NCBI GenBank assembly: GCA_013115125.1
Contig: JABANN010000117.1
Span: forward strand, 1 to 64,000
DNA: 64,000 bases
Source: Perkinsus olseni
Lineage: Eukaryota
Reading direction: 5' to 3'
Positions 11,774 through 23,052 of the stretch are shown in pieces (within the stretch, counting starts at the first letter, position 1; every line of letters starts with the position of its first letter). The position numbers and the translations under genes were made by a program. Below the pieces are notes generated by a model. It did not search any database. It was not told the origin of the DNA and was given only the letters and a program-made list of their open reading frames with translations.

Positions 11774-12403
11774 TTAGAAGTAGTTCTCGACATAGGGGAG
11801 AGCCTCCAAGACGTGGACCTACGCGAAGCAAGAGATAAATCATGGCAGCGACGTCGAAGGGAGGTAGTAGTACCTTAGTCTCACCGCTGCGGCCGACCTT
11901 CACAATCTTGCCGGGCTTGGGAAGACCGGGGGTCTCACGCTTGGTGATGACCTTCTCACCCTTGACCTTGGCGTCATGCTTGAGGGCATCGTTGGCCTTA
12001 ACGCGGTTGAGGAAGGCCTCATTGCAACGAGACTTGCGGACGTGCTCGATGCGAACATGAAGACGCTTGCGGAGCTGACGGTTGCCGACGACCTTAGTCA
12101 CCTGAAAAATGACAAGTGTAAACTTGTACGGGAAAGGGGAACGAATAATTCGACCAGAGAACCTCAACGGCTTATTACCTCAACACCGACGGCCTTCTGA
12201 GTGACGTTGAAGACGACACCAGTACGACCGTGGTAGAACTGGAAGGGCATGCCCCTCTGGATGGAGGGATCGGCGACGATGTCAACGAAGTCGCCACGCT
12301 TGAAGGGGGTCAAGTAGCGGGTAAGGTTGGGAAGACCCTTCTCCTTGAAGCCCTTGGAGAACTTATCGCGGGTACGCGCTCTAAGACCGAAGGAGTGGGG
12401 CAT
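11774..12403 (-). CDS. RPL21: 60S ribosomal protein L21 (3 exons)
   Basis: MPHSFGLRARTRDKF..., GMPFQFYHGRTGVVFNV, KRLHVRIEHVRKSRC; the last exon reads VHVLEALPYVENYF*. Confidence 0.97.
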
Positions 12404-12954
12404 GGTTTAAGGCTGAGACTCCGCTGAGTTAGGCCGCGCCACACGGCTTCATACCAACTTATCGATCACTCGATCGATTTCGACTAGCTCTGCGCAGGAT
12501 CGGCCCCGCCGACCGCGGCCCGCGGGGCGTACCAATTGCCGATCATGAGTTAGTATGCTGAGCACCCTCCGATGATGCATAATAGTGAGTGGCAAAGACG
12601 ACTTGCGTTAGTAAAGGCTGGATGGATCGGACGTGGGATTCTACTTGATTGATTAGTTCGGTACCGTGCAAGGTCGTATGGAATCGTTTCCTGCCTTTGG
12701 TGGGTAAGTTTTACGGATGGAGTGGTACTTATAGTTGCGGTGTATGTAGGCTAGTCGTAGTAGAGCGCCACCAGTAGCGCTAGTGGTTGTCGTCGTCATG
12801 CTAGAAGTAGCAGCAGCAGTAGTTAATAGGGCAGGGTGAGAGTATACTGAGATGGGCAACACAGAGTGGGGCATGGACGGGTCACGCTTGCCTTGCAGCT
12901 GATGCTGCTGGGTGGTATCAGTTGTTATACTGATGTACATGATAGTAAAGGATA

Positions 12955-15082
12955 ATGAACAGATATAAAGTACATAGGATGTTGGGTGATGGCACCTATG
13001 GCAGCGTGTTACGAGCCCAGAACAAACAGACAGGGGAGCTCGTGGCCATCAAAAAGATGAAGAAAAAGTGCTCCTAGTTCCCACTACTGCTACCACTAGG
13101 GACGGCCTTAGGTACTACTCCTGGGACGAATGCATGGCCTTGAGGGAGGTGAGATCATTGAGGAAGCTAACGCATCCTCACATAGTGAAGTTGAGGGAGG
13201 TCATCCGAGAGGCTGACGAGCTACACTTGGTAGTAGAGCTAGAGGCACCAGTGGGCCCTAGAGGGGAGGGCTCAGGTCTTCGAGTACTTGGAGATGAATC
13301 TTTACCAGCTATTGAAGAACAAGGAGAACGCCTTCCCTGAGATGCAGGTTAGGTTGTACATGTACCAGACCATCATGGCCCTGGACTTTATGCACAAGCA
13401 TGGTTACTTCCATCGGGACCTCAAGCCGGAGAACCTCCTGGTAATGGGCCAGTGGAGGCTTGACGGGATAGTTACCGTGGTAGTGGCGGCAGGTGACGAG
13501 GGACCTCCTCAAGTTGGCCGACTTTGGACTGGCTCGGGAGATCAGGTCGCGACCACCATTTACAGACTATGTCTCGACGAGATGGTACTCTCCGACCCAG
13601 TTGCACTCTGCCGTCATCGGGCCATTAGGTATCGGGCCCCGGAGGTCCTTTTAAGGAACCCTTCCTATAATTCGCCTGTGGACCTCTGGGCAGCAGGAGG
13701 CATTATGGCCGAACTATACACGGGTAGTATCTTAGGTCGAAGAGAGGCTTGCACAGAACAATCAGGTCGGCCGCTCTTCCCGGGATCCTCTGAAAGTGAC
13801 GAGATCTACAAGATCTGTACGGTCATCGGCACGCCAACCTCGGAAGTGAGTGTAGCCCTTCGCTTGGCGCTGTTTAGTGTACCTGAGCAGATGTGGCCGG
13901 AGGGCTGTCGCCTAGCCTCCCAGATAGGGTACCGCTTCCCCCAGTGCGCAGCTGCTGCCATGACAGACCTGGTCCCGCCAGCATCGGAGGAGGGTGTGAA
14001 TTTTATGTTGGCAGTATTGGCCTGGGACCCTAGCCGACGGTGAGTCCGCCCCCCGTGTGGCTTTGAGAGGGCAGGCCCTTGCTGTGAAGGTTGACGGCTC
14101 GGCAGTGCCTCAGCCATCCTTTCTTCGCGGACCACACCGCAGCGCTCCAGCGGCAGATTGCTACTGCTATAGCATCAATGCCCTCTACAGTATTACCAGT
14201 GGCGTCTAATAGTCACGGCCCCCCTGCCGAAAGGGTCAGACTCCCTGCTCTGACGACCCGTCTGCAAGTCTCTCGTGCCAGGTATCCCACCCTCCTCCTC
14301 CTCCTCCTCCTCCTCCGCAGCAGCAGCAGCAGCGTTCGGGCTTCCCTCACACTGTTAATATCACACTGCCTCATAGACAGCCCTACCAACATCAACAGCA
14401 CCAGCATCACCAACCGCAGCACCAACCGCATCACCAACCGCAGCACCAGCAACAGCAATACCAACAGCAGTACCCACCGACTGAGCCGCTACAAAGGCGT
14501 CCTTCCTTCGGTAAGGGGACGGCGAGCGGCACGCAGCGTGGAGGTAGAAGCCCGTTCGCTCGTGCGCAACTGGGAGAGCTGCTGCAGGCGGAGTCTTCAC
14601 TGGCTTCTATGGTGATGACGCACCAGCTGCAGCGATGGAAGGTCATCGTGGCTTCCCAGTGCCTGGGGCACACAGAGGTCAGCTATGGGCGGCTAACGAT
14701 CGTCATTACTCGTTATTCGGCGTCGTCGAATTAGCGATCTCCGTTAGGGCCTCGTGGCTATGTACCTAGCGTCTACGGCTTCCCACATCCCCCACCAGCA
14801 CACCACCACCACCACCCTCAGCAGCAGCAGCAGCAGCAAGGGTCTCAGTCTCGCTGGCGGGCCCGTAACAGCGGGGGGCAGCGGTACGTACGGATGTCGC
14901 GGTACCGGCCCGGGGCCACTGGGAAGGACGGCCACACGCCTCCGATCGGCCACTTCACACCGACGGTTCTGCCCAGTGCAGAGAGCATCCTGCCGAGCAT
15001 TGGAACGAGGAACCGCGGGCCTGCACCACCGAGGGCGGCTGGCTTCTTCGGGACCCAGGCCCAGCGGATGTTTCAGTTTTAA
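12955..15082 (+). CDS. MAK/ICK (RCK family) serine/threonine kinase with Pro/Gln-rich tail, multi-exon
   Basis: [63 protein letters not shown] (TDY activation loop). Confidence 0.93.
14291..14334 (+). repeat. (CCT)n(CAG)n trinucleotide tract coding poly-Pro/poly-Gln in the kinase tail
   Basis: cctcctcct... followed by cagcagcag... read directly. Confidence 0.85.
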
Positions 15083-15221
15083 TGGTAATGAAGCTTGCCT
15101 GTACAGTTGATAATTCTCATGATGCTGTCCACGTTATTATTACTATTGGTGGTCTCTGGAGCGCTGAAGGGTTGAGTAGTACAGTTTGGGAGGAGGGGAA
15201 GGAGTGGTATCAGAATTGGTC

Positions 15222-16572
15222 ATGCTACCGGCATTAGATGACGGCCGACTGCAGTGGATGGTGAACACGTTGTGGGAAGCGCTGGCCAGGCCCCAGGGGG
15301 TTGAAGAGGTGAGGACACGGAATGCTGACTCTCGCCGTCTGATGGTTGCCGCCTGGGTTCAGTTCGTGATACTACCAGTGGTGAACGACTATCTAATAGG
15401 AGGCGTTGATGAGACCGACAAAGGCCTGCTGTGCTCTGAAGGCCACATTGCCTTGTCTATGAAGGCCCTTGTTCCTCTACACCGGTGAGCACCATGCCCA
15501 TGATGGCCACTGTGTGGACACAGCGTTCTGCGCACTTGGCGAATCGTCTCGGCAATGGTTGCGTGTGGTGATTGACGCCTGCTGTGGGCGTCTAGTTTCC
15601 CGCTGGGGGAATCTAGCTCTTCGAGAGGCTTCAGGATACTGGTTCGACCGATGGTCACACTCGCTGTGCCTTGTGTTAGGTATTGTCGTAGGGGCCTAGG
15701 CACTGCCGTGGCTACGATGAGGGTGCGCTATGCTGTTGTAGCAGCTCTCACTTTCCCCGATTGCTCTGACGCCTGGTCCCAGCTTGCAACGGATATCAGT
15801 CAGTCCGGAGCGCCCCTGGTAGGATGCAGCTCGGAGCGAGCTGGCCGTACCGTCAGTGTCGCTTCCTCCAGCTCTTGACAGTCACCCGATTGACCCTACT
15901 CGCCCACCCCAAGGCCGGTGGGGACGCCTGGAGCTTCAGGGAATCAGTTCTGCACACTATGCCCGTGGAACAATGGGACATCCCCGCGGAGCTGAACTTG
16001 ATAGAAGCAGTGGTGAGCTCGAAGATACGCCCGCCGGCTGGTGATCTTCCCAAGTAGGCCCTGAAGCACGACTTCGCCTACTACCCCTGGTCCCACTTTG
16101 GTTGGCTCATCCGCCAACTCCCCCCTGGGGACTACCCCCAGATCGAAAGTTTCCTAGGCCGCATGCTCCGACAGACCCCTCGGCACAGCGCACCGGGGCA
16201 TTACGCGGCTGAGTGAGACTTACCGAATTCATTCGGGCGCTTCAGGGAGCCCCTTCTCAGGTACTTCGCAGGGTTGTGTGGACTTGATGGCCTGCCATTG
16301 GTACGCAAGGTATGGTCAATGATGGCCGATGAGCATATCCGAGCATACGAGGTAGCAAGCTCGGTCGCAATCGTCACGGTGGAGAGGTGTTACTTCAGGG
16401 CGCAGCAGAAGCCTGCTGTGCTGTGGTCCTGCGGGTGGCAAAAGCCTCGGGTCGTGGAAGCCTCGGCAGTGTGCTGAGGGAGAAGATGTCGTCAATTGGG
16501 CAGCTTGAGGAGGCCCCAGCTAGAGTGTTTCGTGATGCTTTAGAGACCCTTGATTCTCTTCCGTCATCATAG
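15222..16572 (+). CDS. Hypothetical multi-exon gene
   Basis: Chain of short + strand ORF pieces separated by GT...AG gaps. No recognised motif; boundaries approximate. Confidence 0.4.
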
Positions 16573-16634
16573 CAGTGCGCGTTTCTCATCACGATGTGCT
16601 GTCGCGTGCGATCGCTCGGGGTGGTGTCCAATAG

Positions 16635-16962
16635 ACCAATTCTGAAATTTCGAATTAATTCGGGAACCACATTTTACGCGTGAAAATCAATTCCAGAATC
16701 GATCCGGAGCAGCGGGACTCGTCCACTGCACAGCGGGTCGGTCTCTTATCATCATAGGTCGGGGCGCGCGCTTCTGTCGGCGCATTCAGTTTGCACCGCA
16801 GGCTGAATCGTCGTGAATTCCGAAGACGGTGATGATGATGATTTCCCGTTCAATAGAGTGACTCTGAAACTAAGAAGAAAACCCGTTCAGAGAGAAACTT
16901 CTGGTATTGACTTTTATGCGTAAAATGCGGTTCAAGGCACGTTTCTGAATTTAGGAATTGGT
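16635..16962. mobile_element. Non-coding ~330 bp element with ~60 bp imperfect terminal inverted repeats (MITE-like)
   Basis: Left gaaccacattttacgcgtgaaaatcaattccagaa matches the reverse complement of the right arm (gaaccgcattttacgcataaaagtcaataccagaa); outer accaattc...gaattggt also match. AT-rich and intergenic; no target-site duplication seen. Confidence 0.55.
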
Positions 16963-17062
16963 TCACTGAAAGACCCCAGCGGGTAGCAGCTGGAGTGACA
17001 CGCATAGTCTACCGACTCAGGAAAGTATTATTTTATTTGAACTCGAAAACACAAAGGGATAC

Positions 17063-19601
17063 CATGAGCTCCCCAGTGGTATCAAGGGTCCTCGCCAAGG
17101 AGCACTGGAAGGCTGGACGGTAGAATGGGGACGGACTCCTAGCCCACCCTCGTTGCCTACTAGGATAGCCGAGTGCTGTGAGGTGTATAGTCAGCTCTTG
17201 CAAAGTACTGCGGGCACAAAGGAAGAGCGAGCAACCCTGCTGAGTGAGCACCAGCTGGCAGCGGAGCGTAGCGAAGGGTGTTCCCTGCAACAGGCAACAG
17301 AGCACTCTGCCACATTCGGCTAGGGCGGACAGAGGAGGCTCTGAAGGACACGGCGGAGGGGTTGATATTGGTAGTGTATTCAGACGAGAGCTGGGGGGCC
17401 TAGCTGCACGTGTGAGGTGCCCACACATTCCAAGTTAAACTATAACCATGCAAGATGCCTTCGGGGCCTCCGAGCGGATCCCATCGAGTGGCTAGTGTAA
17501 CCAGGGTTGTCATCGAAGCTACTCATCGCCCGAGAGCTCAGATTCGCGAATGCAGCTGCGGAAGGCAGCGGGAGTGAAGAGACCTTTGATCTAGTGAGAC
17601 CTAGTGAGACTGTCTCCCGTACCGGCCAGGCGCTGAGCCATGCCCTGTCCTTGGGCTTTGAGAGCCGACGGTTGTAGGTAGGGGAGTGCTGCTGGCGGGG
17701 CATACAGGCTTGCGGTGGCCAGACTAATGGGAGGGCGGTACTGAAGTGGCTCGGAAGGTGATCCTTATGTGCGCTCTTTTGGACTGCTTTGGTGACACTA
17801 TTAGTCTTCTTAGGATACTGGGGCAGGGTCATGAGGGAGGACTCGAGGGCTCAGTCGCTGCTTGGGCTCGGATTGGCAGTAGTAGTGGACGGTTACGAAA
17901 AGCAGGCACCTTACCCTACTCAGAGAAGCGACTAAAGTGGGCTCCTTTGAGATCGTATGAAGTTCGTTATGCGCTCGGCTACAGGGTAGTACTAGGGGGT
18001 ATGAAGACACCACTCGCTACTGCTACGGCTGCCAGCCTTCCCAGGGGCGTTGGCATCGCAGGTACCTGATAGAAGGGACTTCACTCCGGGTGTGCTCATC
18101 CGGTGCGGTGATGGTGTCGCAGAAGCTGTGATAATTGACTTGGCCGACAACAGCTGCGAGCTGTTCGCTTCCCTGGTAGCGTGGCAGGGATGAGCAGTTG
18201 GTCTTTCGCATGGTCCAGGTGCTCCAGTTGACTATTGATCCGGGGACGGGTGAGGTGGCGGAACTCCATTGTGGCCGATGCTGGGATGCCTCGGCCCGGA
18301 AGTATCAGAGTAAGGGAGCTGTCGCGGGAACCCCTGCCGACTCTCGAGTCTTCAGGCGGCATCGACGAGTGTGAGCAGAGGTTTCATAAGGGAGCGCTGA
18401 AGCCTCTAGCAGATGGTCATACCGAGGGGAGGTTGGACCGAGGGTCGAGCTTGGTCGGCAGGTACTGCGAGAGTGTGCAGTGTCGGGCGTACAGCGCTGC
18501 ATCATGCAAAAAGGGACGATAGCGGCGGCAAAGGGGGAGGTAGTAGTGGGTGGAGGGGAGGGGAGCTTGGTGGAGTTCATCATCGCAGGAGGCTGTGTTC
18601 CCTCTGCCGTTCTTCCCCAAGGGCTTCATGGGATGTACAGTAAGCTTGGCACGTGAGCATGGTCTCTGTCTCACGTCAGTGTGTTGTGTGGGGCAAGAAT
18701 TGACCTTGACAGGTCCTCCTCGACAGATTTTTAATCACTCTCTATGAGATTGGCCATCCGTCTCTATCGCCTCGCGATTGCTGCATCAGCTTTGGCCTCC
18801 TCGTCGAGGCTGAGGTCCATCCAGGTAGAAGGTAACAGCTTGCTGCAGCGCCTACTGAGCAGCAGCAGCCCCGATGCTCCACTGACGAGAGAGTTGCCTG
18901 AAGCCAAGGCGGACTGCCACGCCAACGTCACGGAGGCCCAGGTAGTACTCTACGCTTCGCCGGTGCTGGCCCATTCTGCTGTCCTCCCGCCAGCTTCTCA
19001 CTATGATCGAGAATTTCACAGCAGAAATAGGGGAACCTTCAATGCCACGTCCGTTGGATATGCACAATCTGGCTAGCATGACCCCGCGGATACGGCAGGC
19101 CACCCTGGCTGGCATCACTCAGGACGCCATTGCTCGGGCCCGATGGGTGAGGGGGCGTGCTGTTGCTGTTGCCCTTCGGTCATCCATGGCGGTCAGGCGT
19201 TCTCGGTGGCTGGCCTAGCATCATTGGCGCTGTCAAGCCCTGAGACCCTTCGCCTGCTGTCCCCAATGGAGGCTGGCGACCCGAGCAGCACTGCTGCCTC
19301 GCTGGGCTTCCTTGGCAGGGGTGGTGTTACCCATCCACAGAAGCTCTGCCCTATGGTGTGCGGCCCAGATGTTAGCGGAGATAAGAGGGTGGGCTGGGCT
19401 TCTCCTGGTGTGCCTTTCCTACGTGCCTATGCTGCTAGGTTATGGAGTCCAGGTGCTCGACCAACAGACTGCTTTATCGGGCCCTGGGAGGCACTGGGGC
19501 CAACAGGACGGACGGAGTTAGAGAGATTGATACTTTTTGTGGTAGTGCTAAGAGGGCTCGGAGCGGTGTATGTGTACCAGCGTACTGATAAACTTATATA
19601 A
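17063..19601 (+). CDS. TPR-containing hypothetical protein, multi-exon (could be two genes)
   Basis: Exon near 17290-17360 reads GNRALCHIRLGRTEEALKD, a typical TPR helix pair; further + strand exon-like pieces continue to the stop at 19601. Confidence 0.5.
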
Positions 19602-19699
19602 CAATATATAGGGTAGGATATCGTGATATTTAGGAGATCGTGCAGTCGCCTCCGATTTACCACCTTATGACGATACTCATCTAATATCTGCGGTCAATC

Positions 19700-21754
19700 T
19701 TACCAGCGAGGTCTCCAGAGGCTGGCCACTGTCAACGTTTCTCAAGCAGATACCTATTGTGAGGTGCCAACGCAAAGCCTGTACGTCGCCGGAACGACCA
19801 GCGTCATCTCGGAGACGGAATTCGGCCCGACGTCTATCCCCGATGGCCATGATGGGTCCTTCCCCGCTACTACATTCCTGGACCCCAGGTGAACCTTTTG
19901 TGGACAGCAAGGTTCGAGCTAAGATGCGTCGTAGGTACCTGCCCTGTGTATCACGATCATGCAGGGCAACCTGTTACATATCACCGCAGTCCGGCGCATG
20001 CGTGCCTCGGGCGATTGAGGGCAGTGAGGGGTAGTAGGAGAGGCAGCCGCATGATTCTCAACGCTAGCCCTCAGCAGCCAACGCGATGAGTAGTCTGAAA
20101 TTGTTTGTTAAGCTCCTTTTCTGTTGTTATCGGGAGAGCTCTGACGACGACACGTGCTTCGAGGGGGATCGTTCAGCACGCGATTGTGTCATCGTCGTCA
20201 TTCGGTGGCCCTGCTGTAGTTACGGCATCCTGATGGAGTTCTGCAGTTCCTGCAACTCTCAGACGCAGTGTAATGATGCCCTGCAGTCCACGCCGGTAGT
20301 AGGCCTGGTGTCTGCCACCGTGTACTCACGGGTAGTGGTGATTTTAGGCACTGCCAGTGAAATACACGTCCAAATGCGACTGGAGTCTGGACAGCTGCTC
20401 CTCCCTCTGTCGAGCGTCGCTCAAGCACAATCCGGTCTACTGGGCCCTCCCCAATACCGTCTGGGATGTCTGTAAGGGGGGACCCTCCCTGGCACCCCCG
20501 TTACCCCCTGCAATAGATACGGGACAGAACGAAGCTGTACAGGAGGTCCAGCCCTGCTGTCTTTCGGAGGAGGCACTGCAGCAATCTGGCCTTGGCGGCA
20601 AGCTGGACGCGGACCGGAAAAGGGTAGCTCTGCCGTCCGCGAGTCAACAGCCATCTTATTGAATCCGTCTTCAGCTGGGCCCTCTGCTTTGTGAGGCAGT
20701 CGCTGCATCGGTCGGAGAGGACAGGGCTGCATTCCGGCCGTGCGATAAGCCTTACATTAGCGAAGAGTGAGTGGACACTCGCGGGGATTCCTGTGTTATG
20801 GCACGTCCTTGTCCATGGCAGCACGGTGCACCTGTTCCCGCCTGCACCCGGCCAGGAGATCGAGGGGCTCATGAAGGTCTATACTGGAATGGGCCGTCGC
20901 GGGTAGGGGGTATCTTAGGTTGGTGCTGGCCATACGCAAATCAGGCCGAATCCGGACATCAACAGCATTTCTGCGGATATCCAGCGGGTGGCTGTGAGCG
21001 GCAAGGAGAGCATTGAGCTGGTGGTCCACATTTGGAACGCTCGCAATGCCGAGTGTTGGCGAGCCGTGCTGCTGGTGAAGTCTTCTCCACTCCACCAGTT
21101 GCTCTACTCCGGCTTTGTTCAGTCCTATCGTCCGCCGGCAGGGAAGGCGCGGAAATCAGCCGCGGTTTTGGAGTAGGCCGTCGCTGGTGGCGCGGCACAA
21201 GACGGCGTGTCGCTTTCAGTGGAGTGCAGTCTCCGATCTATGATGCCGACAAGCTCGACCAGTTGCTGGCCTGTGATGAGGAGCTCTATGGGGATGTGAG
21301 TGCCCCAGCCAACGCCTCCTGTATGCTCCGGTATTGCGTGCAGGGCCCCAAGCTGGTCACCACCGACGGAGGGCTCAGCTTGGAGGGTCGGATCACAGCG
21401 AGTGAGACCCTGCTGCTGGCCTGTCGTCGGGGCCACTGACTTCCGTAGGTTCGGCGAGCCATCCTGAATCGAGGTCGGGGGTGCACTCCAACTGGCGTCT
21501 GTACACTATCGAGGCCACCGTCCCCAGCGCAGAGGTGGTCAGCTCCGGTCTGGGTAGTGATGAGGAGCCCTACCGACTCATGCTCTGCTTCGGGCCAGCT
21601 CAGAGGTAGATAGTCCCGAAGGGCGGGAAGTTCCATGCGGGATGCCAGGTACATGCTGTCCACGATGGACATGGCGGAGTCCGGATTGCCGCCGGTTGCT
21701 GTGGGAATCTTCGAGGTCGACATCCTGGGACGGAACCGCATCAGTGGGAGATGA
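19700..21754 (+). CDS. Hypothetical multi-exon gene
   Basis: Series of + strand exon-like segments with GT-AG gaps, ending ...VGIFEVDILGRNRISGR*. No motif recognised; start uncertain. Confidence 0.35.
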
Positions 21755-21945
21755 GACACCTAGGCACGGCCGATGCCGAGTAGAACGTCACGAACGTGAC
21801 GGCAGATTCATGATCATTGTTGTTACCACTCGAAGGATGTGCTGCCTCATGCTGAGTGTCGAGTTCTAACCCCTCCCTGATCTGGGGTGATGCGTGTTTC
21901 CGGCTGCCTCTTTTTCGACGGATAGTTCCTCAGCTACTTTGTCGC

Positions 21946-22926
21946 ATGCCTGCACCCTCTCCGACGAGGAAGGTGTACTCCCCCAACTCGCCGGAGCTGT
22001 TCGAAGTTGGAGACAGCGACCCCGAGAGCGGGGTCACCTTCTACCCGCCCAGTGACGATACGTAAGCACCCTTTCTTTCTTCTGCCAGCGGCCGTCTCTG
22101 AGTTGTTCAGCTCGGCAGTTATCTGTTCCTTGATGTTTTGCATGATGAGGTGGAGAAGGGCGAGGCGATTGGCAGCGGCTCGGCGGCGTGCATTTTAGAA
22201 GTTGGGCCCGGCAGCGGGGTGAGCTCACTTCGCGATCATCTTCAGAGACTCAGTACTGAGCCCGTGGCAGGTTCTGTCGGCCTACTTGGTCCGGGCACTG
22301 GACTCCGTGGGAGTACCGGCTCACTCAGTAGCGCTAGACGTGAATCCACGGGCATGCGAGGCCACGGAGAAGACAGCGAAGGCTGTCGGTGTCGAGCCTA
22401 AGGTCGCTCCGGATCGCCCCCACCAATGTCTCCTCTCCCGCTCCTGCTTAGGTACACGTCGTTCTGGGGGACTTCAACCAGAGCCCCCACTGGTTGCGGT
22501 ACCAGCCCGACATCATTATCTGCAACCCGCCATACGTGAGTGCTCCGTCAGCCCCTACACTAGTGACACAGGATTCCTGCAGGTACCATCACCGCCCGAG
22601 GAATGCCAGTCTACGGGGATCGAGGCGAGCTGGGCGGGTGGAGACAGTGGCCGGGAAGTGATCGACCGAATGGTAGGCCTCCGGGCTTCGGAGGCACTCA
22701 GCATGGGAATGGTCCTCAGGTGCCTGTGTTTGCTCGCCTGTTGCAGCGTGTGGAGGGGACAAGACAGCCAGTGCTGTACTTCCTTCTGGAGAAGCAGAAC
22801 AGGCCGAGTGAAGTTTGCCGTCTGTTTGAGGACCTCGACTGCTCGGGAGAGTGTGTCGGGGAACGACAAGTCCGAGGAGAGCTGCTTTACATTTATAAGT
22901 TTCAGCGGCGACCAGCCGATGTTTAG
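21946..22926 (+). CDS. N6AMT1: HemK2/Mtq2-type eRF1 glutamine N5-methyltransferase, multi-exon
   Basis: FYPPSDDTYLFLD, LEVGPGSG, DVNPRAC, IICNPPYVPSP, SWAGGDSGREVIDR and EKQNRP. Confidence 0.92.
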
Positions 22927-23052
22927 ACCGGACGTGCCAGGGCGCCTTGTGTGGTGTTGTTAATAATTGCGACGCAAGGAACTGGCGGCGGGGTGCTGCC
23001 ATTGGGAGGCTGGCCATGGACGTCTTGGTCTGTAGCTCACGAAGTGATAACG

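Noticed and set aside
11718-12167. RPL21 with an extended hydrophobic C-terminus, as in the ORF track
   Set aside because: Read-through of an intron; splicing gives a normal end VHVLEALPYVENYF*.
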